Shown piece by piece: positions 57,494 through 64,000 of a stretch of DNA of 64,000 bases. The notes beneath the pieces were generated by a model, which was not told the DNA's origin, did no database searches, and worked only from the letters and a program-made list of their open reading frames with translations. Numbering within the stretch: position 1 is the first letter of the stretch; each line of letters opens with the position of its first letter. The stretch spans positions 1 to 64,000 of IMG/VR virus record IMGVR_UViG_3300017963_000201; one strand, 5' to 3'. Made by a program: the position numbers and the translations under genes. The DNA comes from a virus.

Positions 57494-58438
57494 ATGCCAC
57501 AAAAAAATTACCTAATTACCCATGGCGATCTAGACGGAGTAGGATGCGCTGTACTAGTAAAAGCGCTCCTTCATCAATACTATTGGGATGTATCTTTTGT
57601 TAATTACCAAAACATCGATGACATAGTTTTAGAAAAGATAGAACAACTAAGAAAAAATCCCGACTCATCCCTACTAATAACAGATATCTGCCCTACGGAA
57701 GAAATATGCAAGATAATCGATCAAGCGTATAAGAAAAATTTATCTATTAAAGTAATAGATCACCACAAAACAAGATCTTTTGTCTGTAAGTACCCATGGG
57801 CCATATTTAATACAGAATACTCAGGTACCTTATTAACTTACGCTATGCTTTTAGAGGTACCACCGGATCGGGCATTCCAAGAACAAGAAGAGGCTGTGTA
57901 CTTCTTCCGGTTTGTAAGAGGAATTGATGCATGGGATCGGTGGCAATTAAAAGATCCATACCGAAAGCTTGGAGAAGATCTCAATTCTCTAAGGTATGCC
58001 GTGGGAAACCAAAAGGCCCTTCAGATCTGGATCAATGACGTAGCTGCTCACGAAAAAGAGCCATACCGGACTATATTAGAAAACATTGAGGATGATAAGA
58101 AAAAAGCTATTGCCAAAGGTATAGCAGAAGCGCAAAAGACAGAATACCAAATGGATGGATTAGGAAATACCTATAAATTAATATTTGGATCCGAATTTAC
58201 ATCTGAAGTTGCAAGTGCCATTCTATCTCATAGTGACTTTTCAGATCTTCATTATGTCGCAATCATTAATATTCAATACGATAAATGCGAATTACGCTCT
58301 AAAGAAAATGGTACTGACGTAAGCTATATTGCAAAAACTATGAGGGGTGGGGGTCACCCAACAGCAGCCGGATTTCCTTTAAATGAATTAAGAAAAATAT
58401 ACCGTAGATTAAGTGCTAAACTTCAAGATATTAACTAG
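57494..58438 (+). CDS. DHH/DHHA1 phosphoesterase (nanoRNase NrnB-like)
   Basis: THGDLDG, ITDI, IDHHKT, DAWDRW, GGGHPTAAG. Confidence 0.92.
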   Translation: MPQKNYLITHGDLDGVGCAVLVKALLHQYYWDVSFVNYQNIDDIVLEKIEQLRKNPDSSLLITDICPTEEICKIIDQAYKKNLSIKVIDHHKTRSFVCKYPWAIFNTEYSGTLLTYAMLLEVPPDRAFQEQEEAVYFFRFVRGIDAWDRWQLKDPYRKLGEDLNSLRYAVGNQKALQIWINDVAAHEKEPYRTILENIEDDKKKAIAKGIAEAQKTEYQMDGLGNTYKLIFGSEFTSEVASAILSHSDFSDLHYVAIINIQYDKCELRSKENGTDVSYIAKTMRGGGHPTAAGFPLNELRKIYRRLSAKLQDIN

Positions 58439-59480
58439 TCATAGTTTTGGCTGACAAAGCAGCACTTCTAGCGCTGTCGTAGGTGCTCACAGCCGTAGCC
58501 AATGTATTAGCAAGTGCTCCAATAGCTTGCACCGCAGCCGTAGTGCTTCCCGGATCAACAGCCCCTGCAGCGGCTGTACCAACCCCCTGAGCAAAGGTAC
58601 TCAATGCACCTAAAAAGGTTGATTCGTAACCTAAATACTCTGTTCCCTTAATTACAGGTTGCGCTGCAGTGAGGCCACCCAACTGAATCATTGTGCCATC
58701 AAACATCACAACCGCAGCCGAAGAAGAAAGCTCTATATTGCCCGCTTCGTCGATTTTCAAAGCTGCATTTGTAACCCCTGCAATTGCCGTTTCCAAAATC
58801 GCTCTTAGTCTACCACCCCAACTTCCTGTCTCGGGTATAGCATTCGCATCGACTACATAACCCAGATGAAGCCTTGCTATTCTAAGCAGCGACAACGATA
58901 CGTCAATAAGTCCCTCTACCGCAGGTATTGTAGGACCTAAATCACTAGGGACAGCATATAAACTTCCATTTGTCGCATAGCGATAAACAGATCCAAAAGC
59001 TACGTTGGCACCATTCCCCATTAATCTTAAAGCCATACCAGCCAAGCGTAAAAACCTCTTCTGTTTAATGTACTTTAGCCCATCATTCATCCCGTTCATT
59101 AAAGAGAAATCACCACTGGGGGCTATACTCATCCAAACCCTCTTTACTAGATTACCAAACCATATGCCCCCTTCGGCAACTAATCTGGCTTGTATGGGCT
59201 CTCCCGTACTTGGATCGACAACATTGCCCCTTTCTAACTTTTTAGAGTACCCAAACTGGACAACACCCACACAATAAGCTTGCTCATCTGCAGCTATTAT
59301 TAAGCAATGATCGCCGGTTTTAGGGAACGAATAGTTACCCGGAGGTGCAACAACGCGGACATTATTTCGACCGCGATCTGTGCCCATATAATTAACATCT
59401 ACTGTTCTGTTAGACTCGTCAGTGGCTTTTATCGTTCCTAACAAAACTCTAGGGTATTGTGTTTCTCCTGGTCTTGGCAT
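58431..59480 (-). CDS. Baseplate spike/gpV-like protein
   Basis: OB-fold-like start (GTIKATDESNRTVDV...FPKTGDHCLI), beta-rich C-terminus, AAQPVIKG. Confidence 0.6.
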   Translation of the reverse strand: MPRPGETQYPRVLLGTIKATDESNRTVDVNYMGTDRGRNNVRVVAPPGNYSFPKTGDHCLIIAADEQAYCVGVVQFGYSKKLERGNVVDPSTGEPIQARLVAEGGIWFGNLVKRVWMSIAPSGDFSLMNGMNDGLKYIKQKRFLRLAGMALRLMGNGANVAFGSVYRYATNGSLYAVPSDLGPTIPAVEGLIDVSLSLLRIARLHLGYVVDANAIPETGSWGGRLRAILETAIAGVTNAALKIDEAGNIELSSSAAVVMFDGTMIQLGGLTAAQPVIKGTEYLGYESTFLGALSTFAQGVGTAAAGAVDPGSTTAAVQAIGALANTLATAVSTYDSARSAALSAKTMTS

Positions 59481-59481
59481 A

Positions 59482-61674
59482 TTACAAATTCCTTAAAGCA
59501 TTAAGTCTTTTTTGGAATTGGGCAGCTTGTTTTTTATCTTGAAATTGAGGATCATCCGCATTATACTCAGGTTCCAGTGCTTCCAAAATTTCTTTGTCCT
59601 CCTCACTTGCAGATATCTGAATATAATCTTCGTTGTCTAACGTTTCAATCCATTTTCCGGCAGGGACTGATTGATCAGCAATACCATCAGTAAACTCAGA
59701 TAATTTATAAGAATCCTGTGCAGCCTCCAAAGTAGCTATAAAATCCGGGCTATTTGTATAATAGGCTTCTGTAGCCAACATAAAACTAGATAAATCTGCC
59801 GGATGTTGTGAATCTAGGCGACCAAAGCTACAACTGATAGTAGTTGAAGCGTCACCACCAACGGTTATAGAATGCGAAATACTATTAATATAAAAAACAT
59901 TATTGTTATCTGGAAAAACCACGGGCAAAGCCAGCTCTAGCTCTGGTCTAAATACCAATGTGGTATTATTTGTGTGCAGCTCGGCATTCATATAACGCAT
60001 CAGTACATGCGCAGCCACGTCTAGAAAATGCATAGCGTCATCAGATGACCCACTAATTTCACTGCCATGAATCTTTTCATTAACATTAAACATAGGATTT
60101 TCTACTTCTCTTCTTCTGTATCCATACCTCTCCATTAATCTCTTATCAACCGCACTACCAACAAGCTCTAGTTGCTCAGGTGGTGTATCCGTAAGCGTTA
60201 CGTGCTTTCCGTGTAATCGTAGGAAGGTTACCATCTCTTCTAAATTAAGAGCCACATTGGTACTTATTATTTCATCAGCACCTACAGTTTGAACCCCAAA
60301 AAAGCAGTGCTCGTGTTTTTCTTTTGCTATAATATCATATTTAAAGTAATCGTTACTTAGTCTCATAGGGTGATAGTTAATGGTTCCGTACCCATCAACA
60401 TATAACTCATAGTATACCATACCAGCAATATCTCTAAGGACATCTAATCTACTTGAAAATTCAGATGTATATATCTGTGGGGTTTGAAAATTAAACATTC
60501 GGTACGGAGTAATCTTCTCACCCCATGCAGCCGTTGCCCTTGGTCTATATATATGAGATGTCTTTTCTACTAAATTTCTCATATTGAAATTATCTTTGTA
60601 AATAAATTTTTCTTCTGAAATATTATATATAGAGTTTTTCCCGTCTGCGGAATCATCTGCTCTAACAAAGTTGCCTAAGCTAGTTAAACTAAGCAATTCC
60701 TGTGTACTGTAAGACTCTCTTGGTATTTGGGATAAAATATCCTCTGGTGAGACTATTTCACCACCACCTTTTCCGATATAATTACCATCCTCGTCTTTTT
60801 CTGGTTCCCTATACCTGATTAATCCACCATGGATCATTGTATCGAAGATAACTAAGTGGTCTTGTCCGTATAGCGGTTTTGCAAATATATTTATTGCAGT
60901 TTGCTTTTCAAATTCCTTTATTTGCAAAATTGCCGGATTGAGCATTTCTTGGCTAATACGAGCAAGCTCCAATGTATCCTTACAAGTGATATTTAATGAC
61001 GCATAACCTTGTGCAGTAGATGGGGAACACATAATAGTATACCCATCAAAAATAGGAAAATACCAATCCTTATATAACCGCCCACGAGCCCATATGGAAA
61101 TTGGTAACATTGGGACGAACAATTGCTCCAAAATACTCATATAGCGGTCATTAAATACATTAATCTTTTTTCCATTCTTATAGTTATTGTTATCTTTAAT
61201 TACTACGGTAGCAGAACCAATACCATTCCTTGATCTATCAACGTTAACAGAAGTTAAAAAGTAATTCATTATTGTATTGATAAATATTACCATCTTCTTT
61301 TCATCTTGCGTTGATGCTATATCAGAAAATAATTTCTTAGTCGTAGTATCATTAATACTTAATACATATTCAAAATAATAATACACATACGATGCTAATT
61401 TTCTAGTTATGTCCTGAAGCCTCTGCTTAGATACTGGTCGTTTACCAGTCATGCCTTCCTTCTCACCAGTAAAAACAAACTGATGAGAAAAATCTATACA
61501 TACTCTTATTTCTGGGTGATAAAACTGATCGGCTACTAAGTGGGGAACTTCTTTTAGTACACTACTAAAGTAAGTTCTAGATTCAAAGTATTGTTCATAT
61601 GCATGATCATTTGGACCGCATCTATATCCATAATTAAAATACCTATTGAGTATAACTTGTATTAGATCTTCCAT
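59482..61674 (-). CDS. Baseplate hub (gp27/gpD-like) protein
   Basis: IFDGY, YELYVDGYG.INYHP, RYGYR, RPELELALPV...YINSISHSITVG. Confidence 0.7.
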   Translation of the reverse strand: MEDLIQVILNRYFNYGYRCGPNDHAYEQYFESRTYFSSVLKEVPHLVADQFYHPEIRVCIDFSHQFVFTGEKEGMTGKRPVSKQRLQDITRKLASYVYYYFEYVLSINDTTTKKLFSDIASTQDEKKMVIFINTIMNYFLTSVNVDRSRNGIGSATVVIKDNNNYKNGKKINVFNDRYMSILEQLFVPMLPISIWARGRLYKDWYFPIFDGYTIMCSPSTAQGYASLNITCKDTLELARISQEMLNPAILQIKEFEKQTAINIFAKPLYGQDHLVIFDTMIHGGLIRYREPEKDEDGNYIGKGGGEIVSPEDILSQIPRESYSTQELLSLTSLGNFVRADDSADGKNSIYNISEEKFIYKDNFNMRNLVEKTSHIYRPRATAAWGEKITPYRMFNFQTPQIYTSEFSSRLDVLRDIAGMVYYELYVDGYGTINYHPMRLSNDYFKYDIIAKEKHEHCFFGVQTVGADEIISTNVALNLEEMVTFLRLHGKHVTLTDTPPEQLELVGSAVDKRLMERYGYRRREVENPMFNVNEKIHGSEISGSSDDAMHFLDVAAHVLMRYMNAELHTNNTTLVFRPELELALPVVFPDNNNVFYINSISHSITVGGDASTTISCSFGRLDSQHPADLSSFMLATEAYYTNSPDFIATLEAAQDSYKLSEFTDGIADQSVPAGKWIETLDNEDYIQISASEEDKEILEALEPEYNADDPQFQDKKQAAQFQKRLNALRNL

Positions 61675-62412
61675 TTACGATGCCTGAATATTTCCATGGT
61701 AGCTTGAATTCTCTATTTTTAATGCAATCGTTAGATCATCTAGAGCTACGAAACTTATAGTGTACTTCCAATTCCAAGGGTTATCTGCAGTCATAGTAAA
61801 GGAGAAATCCATAAAGTACCCTCGGTAGACCTTCTCATCCATTTCTAAAGTCAAGACATCATAATCCCCATCAAATTTTTTGTATAGCATTCTTAATTTC
61901 TCAAACGTTCTATATTTTGTGGACATATTTAATACTTCATAATATGTCATACTTCCAATAACTATATCACTGATAAATGAATTAACAGAACCAAGAGCGG
62001 ACGTGGTTTGCTTTCTAGCCTTAACTGTCGCAGCACCACCACCTAATTCACTTAGTTCAACTGCCATAGACGTAAACGGATCTTTGTAACCTTCCGCAAT
62101 AATACTAGGAAGCATATTTCCTGTATTACCTGAGATATTCATTGAAAGCAAATCTGTACCCCAATCAAAAATAATAAATCGATTTGGGTGACTTGTTTGT
62201 ACCTTTTGCGTTATTTTTGGTTCAGAAAAAGCTATCTCCTGTGGATTAATCTTCAGAGTGACAGACTCTACTTTCACTTTTGATGAATCAAAGTTTGCTG
62301 CAGCCTGAGCTAAAGAATAACCATCATATCTTCTGAATTTTAACTTTGATACTTGGGTTGTAGCTAAAGCCGCATTAATCGATTTTTTTGCAAGCTGCCC
62401 TAATTTGCTCAT
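61675..62412 (-). CDS. Tail tube initiator-like protein
   Basis: LKINPQEI, ISGNTG, YRGYFMDFSFTM.AD.PWNWKYTISF. Confidence 0.6.
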   Translation of the reverse strand: MSKLGQLAKKSINAALATTQVSKLKFRRYDGYSLAQAAANFDSSKVKVESVTLKINPQEIAFSEPKITQKVQTSHPNRFIIFDWGTDLLSMNISGNTGNMLPSIIAEGYKDPFTSMAVELSELGGGAATVKARKQTTSALGSVNSFISDIVIGSMTYYEVLNMSTKYRTFEKLRMLYKKFDGDYDVLTLEMDEKVYRGYFMDFSFTMTADNPWNWKYTISFVALDDLTIALKIENSSYHGNIQAS

Positions 62413-62422
62413 ATGTTAAACC

Positions 62423-64000
62423 TCAACCAACTTCTGCGTATTTAGAAGTAGGTTCTTTAGTTTTTACAGCCCTTTCTCTATTTTGATTCTCTTTTAAGAT
62501 TCTTTGTACTTCTTGTAGAATTATATCCCGGTCTCTTGTTTGTCCGGCTTTGAGTAATTCTTGTATAGCAGCGTTTCCTCCCACTCTAGCTAATGACCCA
62601 AGTTTTTCGTAAGCTGCACCTTGCCGAAAAGTTGCTGGTGCGGCATTCTTTAATAAGGCACTTCGAACAGACTTATATCTATTAATTTCTTCTTTAGTTA
62701 AATCAGATCTAATAGCTGATATTAATTCACTAGCACCAGCCTTACCAGAATATAATTTAGAAAATTCTTTAGCTTCTATTGTTTTTTCAAGTACTTTTTC
62801 CCCTCTTACAGTAGCAGCCGGTAAACCTGATCGCACATTGTATGTCGATTTCCCCCCGACAATATCAATGATAGTATTCATTAAATCAAATATCGTTTCG
62901 AACCATTTTCTTAGTGTAGTTTCAATCCACTTCTTTATTCTAGCCTCCGTACCCGCTAACTTTTTAGCAATTTCAGCACCTTTATTTACAAGTACGTTTC
63001 TATTCTTTTTATACTCCGCTTCAGCATCTTTCATTTTTTCTCTGGCTTTACCAACCTCTTTAGCAAACTTAGCCAACCCTTCCCCACCTAACCCACCTCG
63101 GGTAAATGCTTGAGCCATTACCTTTTGTACTTCTTCAGAAGTAAAATTAAATTGTTTTAATAGTTTTCTAACCGCAATCTCTCGGGTATCTCCCGTAAAT
63201 TGCTGTGTATGCTTTTGTATAAATTGCCCTATGCGTTCAAACTGCTGCTCAGGAAATAAGCGTTCAAATTGTAATATCCGCGATGCTGCCGTAGATCCCT
63301 CACCTAAAGCAGCCTTCCATCCGTCTTCTAACTCGGAAGAAAATCCGGATATTGTTTTAACAATCTCTTTTCTAACTTCTCGGGGTGCCTCCCCTAGACC
63401 CAACTTCTTTGCTACATCTTTACTGATCAGAGTATTATATAAACCAAGTACACCCAAAAGGTCGGCACTATATGATCTAGTTTTATCGGTTAATTCCTTT
63501 ATGTCGCTTATAGCCTCATCCATAGAAAGCATAGGTATTGTTGCAGACGCTTCTCTAATCGTATTAAGATAACCCGCTGCCACAGACGATGTTTTATTAT
63601 AGTTTGTAACTAAATTCTTAATACCTTCAACTTGGGATTGTACATTTTGCCCATGTAGATATTCAACGGCTAATAACTCCTTTGATAGTCTTTTCATATC
63701 TTCCATTTCAAAGCCAGCACGAGCCAAACTTACATTATACTCCCCAGCAACTTCTAAGCTCTTTATAAAACTTTGTTCTATCTTGCTAATAGACGAAGAT
63801 GCAACACTGAAATTTTTATTCCCAGCAGCCCATTGCACATTTATCTGCTGGCTCATAGCACCAATTTTATCCAATTGATCCTTAAATCCTATTAATAATT
63901 TAATTATCCCACCGAGAGTCAAAGGTATAGCAGCCATATTAGCGGACCACTTACCAACCGCAGCTCCATATCTTTGAGTATCTTTAAGTATAGACCGACT
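62423..64000 (-). CDS. Tape-measure-like protein (5' part outside the window)
   Basis: Long helical Ala/Lys/Glu-rich ORF; frame stays open upstream of ATG 63937 to base 64000. Confidence 0.6.
   Translation of the reverse strand, partial: SRSILKDTQRYGAAVGKWSANMAAIPLTLGGIIKLLIGFKDQLDKIGAMSQQINVQWAAGNKNFSVASSSISKIEQSFIKSLEVAGEYNVSLARAGFEMEDMKRLSKELLAVEYLHGQNVQSQVEGIKNLVTNYNKTSSVAAGYLNTIREASATIPMLSMDEAISDIKELTDKTRSYSADLLGVLGLYNTLISKDVAKKLGLGEAPREVRKEIVKTISGFSSELEDGWKAALGEGSTAASRILQFERLFPEQQFERIGQFIQKHTQQFTGDTREIAVRKLLKQFNFTSEEVQKVMAQAFTRGGLGGEGLAKFAKEVGKAREKMKDAEAEYKKNRNVLVNKGAEIAKKLAGTEARIKKWIETTLRKWFETIFDLMNTIIDIVGGKSTYNVRSGLPAATVRGEKVLEKTIEAKEFSKLYSGKAGASELISAIRSDLTKEEINRYKSVRSALLKNAAPATFRQGAAYEKLGSLARVGGNAAIQELLKAGQTRDRDIILQEVQRILKENQNRERAVKTKEPTSKYAEVG

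Noticed and set aside
995-63572. Numerous short ORFs antisense to or nested in confident genes
   Set aside because: Shadow frames of real genes with no independent signals
1-64000. Alternative genetic code (stop codon reassignment)
   Set aside because: Genes are full length and tightly packed under code 11, and TAA, TAG and TGA all serve as stops

Overview
This is a 64 kb piece of a large, AT-rich myovirus-like dsDNA phage genome; ORFs read cleanly in code 11 and I found no tRNA, rRNA or CRISPR. Bases 1-32115 (- strand) form one long operon-like block. It holds DNA replication and recombination genes (SbcD-like nuclease, SSB-like protein, RecA, a UDG-PolA fusion, primase Zn-finger, DnaB, DnaC-like loader, SF2 helicase, RuvC-like resolvase) and an embedded ~22-gene glycan synthesis and decoration cluster. 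About 32169-35854 is a visibly GC-rich, foreign-looking island. It carries an intact-looking TnpB, a small RHH gene, a host-type EF-G (fusA) whose 5' end is split by a small scar, and a truncated membrane-protein gene; it appears to sit between a phage promoter and the first gene of that operon. Bases 35890-36987 are the non-coding divergence point: an A-tract-rich part with a sigma54-type promoter, then ~600 nt of nested hairpins (large ncRNA or ssDNA origin structure). Bases 36989-46840 (+) are accessory genes (MTase, NAD ligase, HNH-like pair, IS66 TnpA-like HTH, Cys-rich lipoprotein). Bases 46835-64000 (-) are tail fibre, baseplate and tape-measure genes with an inverted DHH phosphoesterase. 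All calls come from motif recognition by eye; no database searches or GC computations were run.
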